Shown: positions 22,801 to 37,641 of the stretch, piece after piece | Layout: every line of letters starts with the position of its first letter | How positions within the stretch are numbered: the first letter of the stretch is position 1 | Assembly (NCBI GenBank): GCA_010015585.1 | Contig: ML975150.1 | Strand: one strand, 5' to 3' | Length of the DNA: 64,000 nt | From: Eremomyces bilateralis CBS 781.70 | Taxonomy: Eukaryota | The notes under the pieces: model-generated | Told to the model about the DNA's origin: nothing | Database searches by the model: none | What the model saw: the letters and a program-made list of their open reading frames with translations, nothing else | Program-made: the position numbers and the translations under genes

Positions 22801-25800
22801 TTGCTGCTTGTGGTGCTTTGCCAGTAGGGAGTGGGGGGTACGGGACACCATCCATCCCACACTCTGGGTTCGATCACCAACTCGCTGATGAAGGAGCACA
22901 AGAACCAGTCCATGGATCCAATGCCAAATGCATCCGGAGATTGGGAGAAGCAGCTACAGAAAATTGGACGCTCAGGACTTCCCCTTAGAAATCAGATGCA
23001 GAACCTCAGAACCTAAAGACACAGTCCCTGACGTATCGTTTAGGACAGCTGAAGTTGATTCTTTGGCACCCTATCCAGCATCGTGGCTCCTCCTCAACTC
23101 ATGAGATCATCGACGAACTTCATCATTACTTCCACAATGCCTTAACGCAGCATCACCACACTTGCAGGCAGTACAACTGACAGCACCCACAAAAAAGACT
23201 CAAAATTGGATCTTAAACTGATTCATCCACCAGTATAAAACTCTGGATGGCAAAAGCAAAATGATACTTCAAATGCTTCATTCCTCAAATCCTCAGTGAC
23301 ATTCCCGCTATTTCGGTTTGCTCCATTCCGATTCCCGATAACATCACCAATAACTAGGTATCTATATTGCTCCTCTCGGTGGTTAGGTATAGTCCTTGCC
23401 GCGTATGGCGCTTGCTTCCCTTCTCCTGAGTGTTTGAACTTCGTGACACCCAGATGACCTCATCGGAGTTCTAGCGGCGACCGGACGGGAGTAACACAAC
23501 GGCTTCAGCCTGCCGAACCGGCGATCCCCTTCTTCCTTCGCAATCTTTGCTCCTCAGATATCGGGCTTCAACTGTGGGCATCAACCGTTTGACGTGGTCG
23601 TACGCGCAATTCCGAAACAGAATTTTATGTGGGTTTTGCTGGAGTTTCTCGACGCTGGAACTGTGGGTTGGAGAAGTTATTTGCCCGTTACAGTGGATTC
23701 CGAGCGCTCGATGGATGTCGTCACAGGATGGGGATCGATCTCCATCACGGCCAAATAATGTGTTTCAGCTTTTTGCGCACTTTTCCAATCGTCAAATTGA
23801 AACGGGGAGTTTATCAAGTTATGGACCTGGAGGAGCGCAGGACCCGCAGAGCCGCAACCACGATCTCTAGATGACCACATCTCATTTGTGACACCCAGCA
23901 TTACGACTCCACGAGATCCTGATCTTCCCAGTTTCATATGCGGTGCCCCAATAAAACAGAATCTTCATGCCTACGGTCCCAGAGGCCAGATGATCGTCCA
24001 GAGTTTCAGGGACCATATCTGATGGCACCCTGGCATTCCTTGGGAGCTGTTGAGGATATCATTTCGTTGGCGAACGTCCCCTGACGTCGGCTTGTAGATA
24101 TTGGGAGGGATTATTTGCACTGCCACGATAATGGATCTGTCTATCCACTACCCATGCATGGAGATGGGAGAGGCCCATTCCGGTCCACTGCACTTCCCTC
24201 CATCTCCTGTTAAACTATTGAACCCCTTTAAGGGAGGCAAATGGATCTCCCAAACGAATGGGGGACCAAGGGGAAAAGGTCATGTAGTCAAGAATGACAC
24301 TGGATGAAACTAAAATCAACTTTTGTATTACCCACCTCGCCGTTCTCTCGGGGCCGGACGGCATATATCCTGGCGGTATACATGCGGCTGCAGGCTCAAT
24401 CCGTTCTGACGGTTCGTTGAAGAACCAAGTTTGCCTGTTGCCATGATGTGGTTTCGATGTCCCACTCTATCGTAACTCGTACCTCGCAACTCGCGATGGT
24501 TAGGCTCGTATCGAACACAGCCCCGATCTACGGAATGTAATTACTAACATTCCACTCGTGCTCTGTACCGGTCACATGATAGAAATTAATACCATACAAC
24601 TTGAATGAAATGACCTCAAGAGTCAAACACCAAAAGTCTGAAGGAAGGACTGAGTGAATGTCTTCAACCCCCTGGGCGGCCTAATGTGCAATTGCGTGAT
24701 GATAGACAGGGAACGGGACACTGGGTTGAAGGGAATCCAAGATGCACCAATCACCGCCCAGCGGGAATGCACACTTCTCGAAGCCGATGTCCAACGCACG
24801 GGAATGGCAATGATCCAAGCAAAGTCCCATGTCTCCGTCGGCTGGTCCATACTCTCTTCGGATCGCAGCATGCACTGGCCCTCCGCCTTCCGGAGTCCAG
24901 ACGCTCGACAACAGGAGGCGAGGCGGCTCGGGGAGAGGGAATAAAGGGAGCAGAGCGGCAGAGAGCGATTAAAAGGGAACATGCATGGCACCCCCTGATC
25001 CGCTCGACGTTTGGGTTTTGAGTGATTTGGGCGTTTCACGTGCTGATAGCCCCGATCTCCAGAAAACGATAGACATTAAACTCTCTCAAAAACGGGGATG
25101 ATAGGAGCAATTACACCGTAGGACACGGGGCGTTTCCTGCATCCTCGATATGCTCCTGTCCGCGACCAGAGAAAATTCCCTCAGATCCATTGTGAAAATT
25201 TCATAGAGTCTGGGAGGATGTGCAACTCAACAGGACCCAAGAATCGATCATCTCGTGGTCGTACGGCTCTGATTGCTGGAGCGAAACTCGGCGATCCCCC
25301 TTTTTTTCCTTCCCTCCTCCACTGCGGACACTGGACAGCCGGCGGACTGTGGTCCTCTCCTCTGTTTTGGCGCCTCCTTGAATCACGAAGTCCAACCGAG
25401 ACGCGGGATGCTCCAATCTCCGTCCATGATTTCCGTGTTTGGCGCTGTTGGAGGACATTTGAAGCCACAGTGACTTTCCACGCCGCGCTAAGCATTATCG
25501 CAGACCATTGAGAGCTTAAGATGGGCAATGGCAGCTGGCGAGGCAATGGTGATCGTGACTTTCAACACCTATCAAGTACTTATTGAAATATCACAGTCTT
25601 CCATACCTTAGGGGGACGATACGGATAGGTAATTCGATAGAACATTGACTGTACCCTCCTCGATAGATAGTCTCAACAGCCAGTCCACAGCATCTTCATT
25701 ATTTTGAGTTACTGCTATGATATGGTTGCTAGATCGGAATTGTATCATCCGAGCGAATGTCATGTTGATAGCCTCTTTGAATTCCTGCAAGCCCCCCTTG

Positions 25801-25832
25801 GTCCATGGACACCTGTGCCCTATGGACGCCTC

Positions 25833-25885
25833 CTCGACTCCTCGACTCCTCGACTCCTCGACTCCTCGCAGCCCTCGACTCTCGA
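25833..25885. repeat. 8-nt tandem repeat (CTCGACTC)x4 plus degenerate copies, upstream of glfA
   Basis: Read directly from the sequence. Confidence 0.9.
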
Positions 25886-26570
25886 AGATTCAAGGCAAAC
25901 ATAAACACGGGATCGACCCACTCCAAACCGCGGATAGCAGACGTTGGCAATCTCAAATTAACTTGGAATGCATAGGAGGTGAGCCTTGTAGTATTATTAG
26001 CTACCCTATCCTTTTGTTTGTCCGGTATTACCTGGAAGGTATGTTGGTAGATCACGGATAGGATGATAGACACAACAGCTTTGGCAACAACAGCTGCAAT
26101 CATCTTGATACAGACACTGTTCGTCCATTGTTGCCACCGCCAGGGCTCCACTAGAGATGGATAAGATAGGAGTAGCACAGCCATGCGAATGTCCGAGTGA
26201 CCCCTTACAGTGACATTATTATGGATGATGAAGGTAAAAGTAGCATTCATGCTGCAAGCGACTTGTTTGGTTTAGCGCCTATGGACAACCTGGAAATAAT
26301 TTTGGTCCACTCTCTAGCCCCATACTATCAACCAGCTTCCTCTCCTCGCGCTGCCCTCAACGCTGTTCACCTTCGTCCCAAATCCTACCAGAGATCACAG
26401 CTGTATCCGATTTTAGCCTCTTTACCAATACCGTATCCTACATTGACATCTGGCAAGCACGTGTGGTGCAATTGCATTCGCTTAAGGGACTCGTCCGATT
26501 CCCGCTCCCCTGAACATTTCCTCTTCAAGAATACACACCTGGACCACATTTCCCGCAACAAGATCTCACG

Positions 26571-28472
<1,902 letters not shown>

Positions 28473-29134
28473 AACATTCAACGATGCAAAAGGAGATGGT
28501 AGCTTGGTCCTGTAATGGTTCGATTCATAGAATACTGAGTTACCACCGAGGAACCGTACGGGCCCCTTGTTTTGGGGGCATCAACGTGGGTGTTCCCCAG
28601 GTTTGGGGCGTCGGTCCTTTCGTTTGTCCCATACACGTTTTCGACTTTCTTCCGCTGCGAGCGCGTCCGTTTGCACCGGGGTAACGTTCATTTGACGGGA
28701 AAAGGGGGGATGAGTGGACATAGAGAAAAGAAAAAAGCGAAATAATAGTTGCGGTTTTGGCCGGTTTTGGCCCTGCCTTCAGAATAGATTTTTCGGCGGC
28801 TCTGGAACGCCGCCAATACACTACCGTAGCTAGATGCTTCAAGAATGGATTGTTTTTTGTTTCTGATCGGTGGCGGGTTTACATGGCATGAAGGCTTTGG
28901 AGACGTTGAACCTGTGCAATGCGAATTGAGGTCTCAGAACTTAAATATGTGACATAATGCTACACGTACATCTGCCGGAAAGGCCATTTCCGCATATCCT
29001 GCCAACCCGTTTCGTAGCCGAGCAAATACCAATCCCATTACCGGGCCTTTCGCATCAGGGAGCCAGCCGTACAATACCACCCCCTCCATAGCACGCCAAA
29101 CGCCTCGAGAAGATGACCCTCATCCAGCCAGCGG

Positions 29135-30569
29135 TCACTCCGGGGCATCTTCCACCTTCGCCTTCTTCGACCCCTCGCTCGCTTCATCCTCCTCCAGTTT
29201 CCTCTTCCCTTTGCCATTGGTCTCCGGGACCGGCGCCTTCTCCTTCTTCCTCGTCCTGATCAACCCCGAAATGTCCGTGGCGTTCTTCGTCGCCTCCGCG
29301 ATCGTGGCCTGTTGCTGGAACGCGTCCGCGCCGGTGAGCGTGCCGAGCAGGCCCTGGAGCGCCTCGGTTTGCGCGTCTGCGATGGTCATTTCCGGGGGCT
29401 GGAATGGGGCGTTGAGATCTTGTAACTGCGGGGTGTTAGCATGTCAGTGTAGATATATATGTATGGGAGGAGAAACCTACCCGTTGCTCCATATCGCCCA
29501 CCATCTCCTTGACGTCCGCAATTGTCTTCAACTTCGCCGTCCGCCCCTCGCCATCCTCCATGGCTTTCACCGCCGCCTCCTCCTTCGCGACCCGCAGATG
29601 GCAGCTCGCGATCGCCTTCTCCATCTCCCCCGCCGCCTGCTTCCGCATCGTCTCATCCACCTTCGCCTCCGCCATCGACTCGGCGCTGCGGTTGCCCTGC
29701 TCGGCTTCCTCCTGCGCTTGCCGCACCGAGCTGACGGAGGCGAACTCCAACGCGAGGGAATACTTGAAGTGCGCTTCGGCGAGGATCTCGGACTCCGCGG
29801 GGTAGAGCTGGAGCTTGAGGTCGAGCGCTTGGGCGCTGTCCGCGACGGCGTCGGCGAAGCGTTCGTTTTCAAGGGAGATCTCGGCTTGGTAGTCGCGGGT
29901 GTCGGCGAGGAGCTCTTTGGTGTCATGGATCGATTTGTCCTTATCTTGGCCTCCTGTCGTTGCATCCTCGGACGAAAGCTCGGTAAGTCGTCGCTCCAGC
30001 AGTACGCGCGCCAGATCTAAGATCTCGTACGCGTTCGCCAAATCGTCCTCCTCTTCCTGCGCCGCTTGGTCTTGGCCCTCCTCGTCTTCCTCGTCATCCG
30101 ACGTGTCCCAGTTCTCATCGCCCGTGATCTCGAAGAACGGTTTATTCGCCGCGGTCTCCTCCCCTCCCTTCACCGGTAAGGCGCTCGAGGAACTACTGCC
30201 CTCTCCGGCGTTGTTCGACTCCCGGTTCTGCTTGGCGCCCTTCTTCTTCGCCGGCTTGTCGGCCGCCACCTTTCCACCTAGCACGTCGTTCTTCTCCACC
30301 GCGACTTTGTAGAGGCATCGCCCGTACCGGAACAGCAGGTCGGCATTGCTCGGGTTCATCTCGCCGTGGAGCGCGGCCTGCATCTCGGTCGCATCGCTGT
30401 AGATGTCGGCTGCAGCGGGGTAGTTCTTGAGGGTGTAATAGAGGTTGGCAGAAGTGATCAGCTCGCTCAGCTTTTCGGCGCTGGGAGGGAGTTCATCTGT
30501 ATTCTCGCCGTTTGCTTCTCCGACCAGGTCGGCCGGCGGAGGAGCGGCGGCTTCTTCTGGCTTGATCAT
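29135..30569 (-). CDS. NASP/Sim3/Hif1-like histone chaperone (SHNi-TPR); intron 29426-29480
   Basis: TPR interrupted by an acidic patch (LFRYGRCL...NWDTSDDEEDEE...DDLANAYEILDLARV), then AEISLENERFADAV and LAEAHFKYSLALEF, with a basic NLS-like C-terminus. Confidence 0.9.
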
Positions 30570-30798
30570 TATTGCAGCAACAAGGATATAGGGTGTTTAT
30601 CGATGAAGACTAATCAATGGCCCGTGGAATAGGAAGTGAATGAAAGTGAATTGTGGTAGGTGAAGAATTGTCCTATGCGTGGCGGGACTCCGAAGATATA
30701 TGTCCCTTATATGTCCCTCTTCCTCTGTTATGTTTCCTCACTCTTCTTCACTCTCTTTAGTCTAATAGTCTTTGATGTTCCTGAGCACGGACCATCAT

Positions 30799-30836
30799 AA
30801 CGCGGTTGCCTCAATCGCGTCGCGTCTTCCCGCGTT
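30799..30836. promoter_or_regulatory. Cluster of MCB-like CGCG elements in the NASP/DPB2 bidirectional promoter
   Basis: aaCGCGgt...tCGCGtCGCGtc...cCGCGtt: four CGCG cores in ~35 bp between two S-phase-related genes. Confidence 0.5.
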
Positions 30837-30935
30837 GAGATTTGATACAACTTTATATTCGGACAATGCAAACTTCCTTCACCCCACCGACCTCCTTTGA
30901 CTTATACATATTTACTCGTGTATATACTCGCAGAT

Positions 30936-33494
30936 ATGGAAGTCCCCTTGAATATTTCAGATACGCCCCGTATGCCCTCTAAAAACCCCATTCCTTCCTC
31001 TTCGCCAGGCTTTAGCACCCCGCTCCCGCCTTTAAACGCCCTCCCCTCAAAGCCCGCCGGTCCTCCAAACGCTGCCCACCGAACACTTCCTCATGCCATT
31101 GCCGCTACCCGTACCTTACCGGCAGGCCCCAAACCGAGCGTCCTTCCCATTCAACTGCCGCCGTCGACCCTGCGACCACTCGCGTTCCGCACCTTTACCA
31201 AAAAGCACAACCTGACCCTCACGTCCGCAGCCCTGGGTCAGCTTGCTGCGTTCATTGGGAAGCATTGTGGGACCGGATGGAGAGAGGAAGGTCTCGCAGA
31301 AGGTGTGTTGGAGGAAGTAGCTAAGGGGTGGAAAAAGGGCGGCGGGAGCGTGATTGTTGGTGGAGATGATAAAGGGATCCAGCTACTCGATTCTATTCTC
31401 AAGAGCGTGGAAGGAGTAATGAGCGGTGGCAAGGTGGTTCGCGAGTTAAGCAGAGTTGGAAGTTTCAGTTTTGCTACTGGCGATGCCGCAACAGCTGGCG
31501 AAGTCCCACGGACACTGGGAGAACGTCAACCAAGCTTCGGCCTGAGCGGATTGAAAGTCCAAGAGTCCAATGAAGATGAAGATGACCATCTCATGGATCC
31601 GAGAGAATGGTTACAGGTATTGAGTGCCTTTGAGCAGCCGAGAATGATCTACAATGTCTCGAGCAAGAACTTCGACCTGTAAGTGGCGGCTGGCTGTCGG
31701 ACGATGATCAAGGGGCTGACTATAGAAAGATCACCGACGAAACCGACGCTCTTCCCTCCCCCAAGCCACCGGACATCCCTCTTTAGATCAAGATACCACC
31801 TCGTTCACCAACGAATCCTCAGGAACGAGTCCTTTCAGCCCCCATCTCTTACAGCACACAATTCCTCGCCCTCGTACAACAACAAGATCACACCCATCGC
31901 CAATCTACTAGGCCGGACCGGCTCAACACATTTGCTTTTCGGTCTTCTTACTACCACTGCCACGGGCGTCCTCGCACTGGCCGACACGACTGGTACCATT
32001 GTCCTGGACGTGACACATGCTCAATCATTGCCCAAAGACGCCGTTTGGTATACACCCGGCATGCTCGTCCTTGTCGACGGCCAATATCGAGAGGATTTCG
32101 GCACTGCAAGCGCAGGAGGAGACATACTCGGCGACTCTGGTGGTGTCGGAGGGACCATCAATGGCACATTCGCTGCCTCGGTGCTTGGTCACCCCCCATG
32201 CGAGCGTCGAAGCGAAACTCTCGGCATCCAGGACCCCTCCAACGCGAACGTATCCGGGCCCGGTTTTGGATGGACCGATTTTCTCGGCGTTGGGTCTGAG
32301 CGTGCCACCGGTACGCGTATGCGGCGAATTCAGGCACGAGTTCTCGCGGCGATGCGGCAGCAGCAATCCCTTGACGGTTCTCCAGACGCCATGGACGTGG
32401 ACGAGGATGCCGACGCGGATGAATCGCAGCGAACCATCCCGCGAACGCTCCTCTCTCGCCGTGCTTCACCCACCGTGGCCGTTGCATCCGGCCTGAATTT
32501 ATCTTCCCCGCACACTCTCCCCGCCCTCCGCACTCTATTCTCGACCTACGACGCGGTCCCGCCGACCGAGATTCCTCTCGCCATCGTCCTCTGCGGTCCG
32601 TTCGTTTCCGGCGCGGCCCTCTCGGGCGCTGTTGGATCCGGGAGCATCGAGTACAAAGAAGGGTTCGATCAGCTTGCCGGGCTTTTGTCCGACTTTCCGG
32701 GCGTGCTTGCGCGGACATCGCTGGTTTTTGTCCCCGGCGATGGAGACGCGTGGACCAGCGCGTTCGGCGGCGGCACGTCGGTCCCGGTGCCGCGAAAAGG
32801 CGTCCCGGACCTGTTCACACGACGCGTCAAGCGGGCGGTCGCGGATGCGAATAGGGAGATCTGGGGGGCGACCGTGGGCGAGGCGTCGAATAAAGGAAAG
32901 GGGGCGGCAAGGAGTAAACATGGGGACGTCTCGTGGACCAGCAATCCTTCCCGATTGGCGTGGTTCGGCTGTGTTGGCGAGATGGTTGTGTTCCGTGACG
33001 ATGTCCTTGGCCGACTAAGGCGACTCGGGATTCGACTTGGAGGAGACGAAGCCCCAGACGAAGAGCAAAACGAAGACGAACTTGAATCTGGTAGCGTCGC
33101 TGGCGAGGGCCCGGCATCGCAGCAATCCAACAGCATGGAGGAGTCGCAAACTGTACAGTCTACGAGTGCGGACGATGCTGCTCCAAACATAGACCCGGAC
33201 GTGGAGACGGCAAGGAGACTAACGAAGACCTTATTGGACCAGGGCAACTTAGCACCCTTCCCTCTCGAACATCGTCCAGTGCACTGGGACTACGGTCAAG
33301 CCCTGAGTCTATACCCTCTCCCATCCGCGGTCGTTCTTGCGGACTCCGAAGCCCCGGCATTCTCCCTCAACTACATGTCCTGCTGCGTGATGAACCCCGG
33401 CGACATCGTCGAGGGGCAGGGAAGCGTAAGGCGTGCCAAGTGGGTCGAGTACGACATTAGCCAGAATCGAGGGGCCGTAAGAATCGAGGGATGA
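30936..33494 (+). CDS. DPB2: DNA polymerase epsilon subunit B (intron 31679-31729)
   Basis: LPPSTLRPLAFRTFTKKHNLTL, FRSRYHLVHQRILRNESF, ITPIANLLGR, GHPPCERR, FVPGDGDAW, TSNPSRL, TLLDQGNLAPF, LSLYPLP. Confidence 0.94.
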
Positions 33495-33518
33495 GCAGCC
33501 AGCCTCTGCGCAACTCGC

Positions 33519-34561
33519 TCATGCTTCCGCGTCTGTCGGTTGAGTGTGCGTTCCTCGCATGCGGGAGACGCCGGTATCGCTCGATGCGGTGCGGAAGACC
33601 GAAGTGGAAGACGGCAAATCGTGTAGAGCCACCGAATTGTTAGCTTCTTGCGCATCATCTGACGGATTCCCGTCGACAGCGCCTATGCCCTCACGCTCTG
33701 CGGTCTTGCTCTCCTTCCCATACTTCTTCTTCAGCCACGGACGCAGGTTCAAATACCCCCCCGCAGCAAACACGCCCAGCCAGAGAATCAACTCCGAACC
33801 ATAGATGACCAACCCCAGGACATCCACGCTCGTCTGGAACAAGACGGAGATAAGGGAGAACAGATCGCCAGCCGCGTCGAGCGCAACGAACAGAAATGAA
33901 ATCCCACGCACGGTCTTGTGTTTGACGATGTCCACATAATGTCGGAGGACCCCCGCGGCTAGGAGCACGGCGGAGAGCACCGCCATGAGGGTCATCGGCC
34001 ACTGGATGTGTCGGTCTCTTGCGATACGCAGTGCCACGATCAACGCGACTTGCAGCCCTGCCATTAGGACCGCGATGGGAACGACGACATAGAGAGTTTT
34101 AACGATCGACCAGTGCTACGGACGAGGCTTAGAGCATGGAGAGAGGTGGGACTTGGAGGGCATCGCTACCTTGTTGTAATAGTAGCATTGGATCCAAGTG
34201 ATGAGACTCAGGCACGTCAATAGCTGCGGTTGGATTCGCAGGGCGATGTTGAATTCCTCCACAATGTTATATACCCCCAGCGGCACACCTGCCCATGCCC
34301 AAAGCATCATCATGGACGGCTGCAATCCAATCGCATGATGCCGTCGGTAATTGATGATTATCTGAGGGATCAACTAGCGCTGTGGTTAACAAACTGGTGA
34401 GGGGGGTGGGCAATGGAAATACATACCTGGATCGACCAACATACCTACACGTCCATGGAACAAACAAGTGAGCCACTATTAATACAGCCGGTTCATTCGG
34501 TGCTTCAAGTACATACAGCTCCCATTGTCCCCAGCACATTTGCGGCGGTTGGGATGTCCAT
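33519..34561 (-). CDS. PQ-loop repeat membrane protein (exons 34517-34561, 34427-34444, 34170-34373, 33519-34115)
   Basis: Spliced MDIPTAANVLGTMGA|VCWSIQ|LIPQIIINYRRH...LRIQPQLL...VRGISFLFVALDAAGDLFSL with multiple hydrophobic helices. Confidence 0.88.
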
Positions 34562-35237
34562 GTCGCCAATGCGGATATTTGTAATTATTGGAGGTGGACT
34601 AGGTATATGCCGCTTCCCCGTCTAAATCAACTTTGATATATTTAGCCCACCCCAGTACCATCTTACGGTGCTGTTGAACCTTAGTAGAGTAGTGATTGGA
34701 TCTCGCCCTCGGCTGCTCTTGATATCTTGAGCTGTCCATGATTCTGTTGATGCCTTGTTGCCGTGTTGCCTGATCATCGGACCAGGACATCTCTGCTCAC
34801 TCTCTGTCAGTCTCAGGCTGTCAGTGGTACGGACCAATGCACTGATATATATTACTATTTCCAATTAACAGCTGTATCAACCATCAATCGTTTCAATTTT
34901 CAGTAGTGATGGTCTTGCATCCACTACATTTTCCATCCATTTTCCATCATTTGACTCTGTCAAGTACTGGTGAAGGTGGTTTCACGCTGACACACATCTT
35001 CACAAACACGACCGGCAGAACCTCGGACGGACTCGTGAACGAGAGACCCCTGCTGGCGCTGCTGCCCTCGAATTTTGGAACGTCACCCAGAACCTCTTAG
35101 ACCCCTTCCCAATTTTTCAGTAAATTTGGATCTGTCCACATCTTTCCCTGAAGCATCACTTCCCGATTCCCCGCAATCCCCCTCGACCGTCCTCTTGCCA
35201 CTCTTTGGGAGTGTTTCGGGAGGCTGACTATCCCACA

Positions 35238-36903
35238 ATGGCCGACGTTGCGACCGCGAAGCCCAACGGGGCCGGCGATGCATCTGCCACCAAGTCCAAG
35301 CCCTCGGTGACGAGGGTTGAGAAGCCCGACGACGATCAGTATAAGAAGGATTTGGAGAAGGCCGAGAAGGAGCATGCGGCCTCGCAAGAGAAATTGGTGG
35401 GTTACGTCCAGCTTTGACGATGGTCATCCGTTGGACTCAGTGGCAGTCGCTAATGTTCAAATCAGACCAAGATCAAGGACAAGATCAAGCTCGCTCAACC
35501 GCAGAACAAGGACACGCCGCAGGCCAAGCGACAAGAGGAGCTCCGAACTGAACTGTCGGCGATCCGACAGAAGCAGCAAGGTGCTAAGTCCTCCCGATCC
35601 GCGACCTTCGACAAGATGAAGAGCCTCGAGGAGCGGATCAAGTCCAAGCAGACCGAGCTGAAAACCGCCCGTGGTCGTGTCCCGTACAAATCCGTTCAGG
35701 ATATCGACAATGAGATCGCACGCCTGCAAGGGGAGGTCGATAGCGGGAAGATGAAAATCGTCGATGAAAAGAAGGCGCTCAGCGAGGCGTCCCAGCTGAA
35801 CCGAGTGAGGAAGGGCTTCGGTGCACTGGAGCAGCAACAGAAGGACATCGACAAGCTCAAGGCCGACGTCAGTGAGCTTCGCAAGACGCTCGATGACCCC
35901 GAGTCCAAAGCGCTCTCCGAACGATACACCGAGATCCAGAAGGAGCTCGATGGCATGCGGGCCGAGCAAGATGGCGCGTACAAGAACCTGAATGCCCTCC
36001 GCGATGAGCGCACCAAGCTGCAAGGGGAACAGAACGAGAAGTACCAAGCCATCCGCGCGCTCAAGGATCAATTCTTCGGTCAGCGACGAGCATATCGCGA
36101 GTACCAGGATGAGGTCTACAAGCAGCGCCGCGAGCGGGAAAAGGCTGAGAAAGACTCGTACGAGAAGGAGAAGCGAAGAAAAATCGCCGCCCAACGACTC
36201 GAGGAAGCGAGTGGTCCAGCCTACCAGGACCTCATCCAATCCGCTGAAGGCCTGGTGCGATACTTCGATCCCAGTGCGGTGGAAGAAAAGGCCGCGGAGA
36301 CAGTTGGGAAGTTCGCTGCCTCCACCCAACGCACCGTGACCGACGATGCCTTCAAGGGTATGAAGGTGGTCAAGAAAGATGACCAGGAGGATTACTTCGT
36401 TGGAAGCAGCGGAAAGAAAGGCAAGAAGGGCGGCAAGAAGGCCCCTGCCAAGGAAACCTTCAACCTGGACATTGGCGTGATTGAGCAGTTGTCAAAGATT
36501 GGCGTCGAAACTCCCATGAACCAGGCTGGCGTTGCTGCCGTTGTCGAGAAGCTGAAGGAGAAGATCGCCTTCTGGAACAAAGATCAGGACCGGAAAACGA
36601 AGGAGGTCAGTGATGTGCAACTGTGAATGCGAGTAAACCCCAGTGCTAACGATGGATTAGAACATCACCAAGGCGCAAAAGGAGATCGACAACCTGGAAT
36701 CGGAAGCCAAGGTCGCAGCCCAACAGGGCTCCAAGGACACCCACAAGAAGCCCGCACAACACAATGCCGGTGTGAACGGCAAAGTCGATGCGGACGCTGA
36801 GCTGGCGCAGGAGAAAGATGCCGCCGCTGACGTTACCACGGAGCTCGAAAAGACCAAACTGAAGGATGCCGAGGGCGAGGCGGCTGCGGGTAGTGAAGCC
36901 TAA
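35238..36903 (+). CDS. BFR1: Bfr1-like nuclear segregation/mRNP coiled-coil protein (3 exons)
   Basis: VEKPDDDQYKKDL, VPYKSVQDIDNEIARL...VDSGKMKIVDEKKALSE, EDYFVGSSGKKGKK, FWNKDQDRKTKE|NITKAQKEI. Confidence 0.88.
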
Positions 36904-37641
36904 AGCCCTTCCGGAGGGACCCTTTGGAGAGGATTGTTCGTCCCCTATCCTCTCGTCTCACCACCCTAAGCTGGTTTCTATCCTCTTGTGTTGTCTTCCA
37001 CAAGGAAAAGTCACTGCACTTCTTTATTTGTCAGAGGGGCGGGATCGGGCTCTTCCAAAGCTATTTATCTGCTTATTCTCTCATGCGTGGGCCAAGTCGA
37101 TTGGGTGAACTCGGTTGATATGGGCCGAGATGGACCTTTATGTCCAGCGAAGGATCCACGCATATATATATTCTCTGCAGCTTGAAATATCCAATTCTGC
37201 TGTCGTGTTCGCAAGTCTCCTGCTGGTTCCGTTCCGTGTTGTCACTGTGTGCCGAATTTTAACCCCGTTCAAATATCAGTGTTCGGTAAAGAGTTACACA
37301 GCACCTTTGGACTGCCCTCCATGCCCGGCCGTGTTTGCCATGCTTGTGTGACCAGGCTGTAGGCAAACACGTCGTTTGTTCAGCCAGTTTCTTCTACAAC
37401 AAGAGATTTGCGTAGACCACAAGTTTTACTCTCCGGTAGGACTACTCTTTCTAATGCGGAGGCTTTGTCGGCATAACATGCCTCCTTGAGAGGAGATCAT
37501 TCGGGAGTCAAAGCGGAAGCAACTCTGCTCAATCTTTCCTTTACCCGTGTCCCTCTCCAAATTCCTCACTCCAGCTGTCGATTTCCAAATACCAACCCTC
37601 CCCTTACCTAATTTCGTCTCCCAGTTGCCCATTTCATTTCC

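Noticed and set aside
22100..26500. Many 60-170 aa ORFs in the glfB-glfA spacer
   Set aside because: No coding-like composition, splice structure or motifs.
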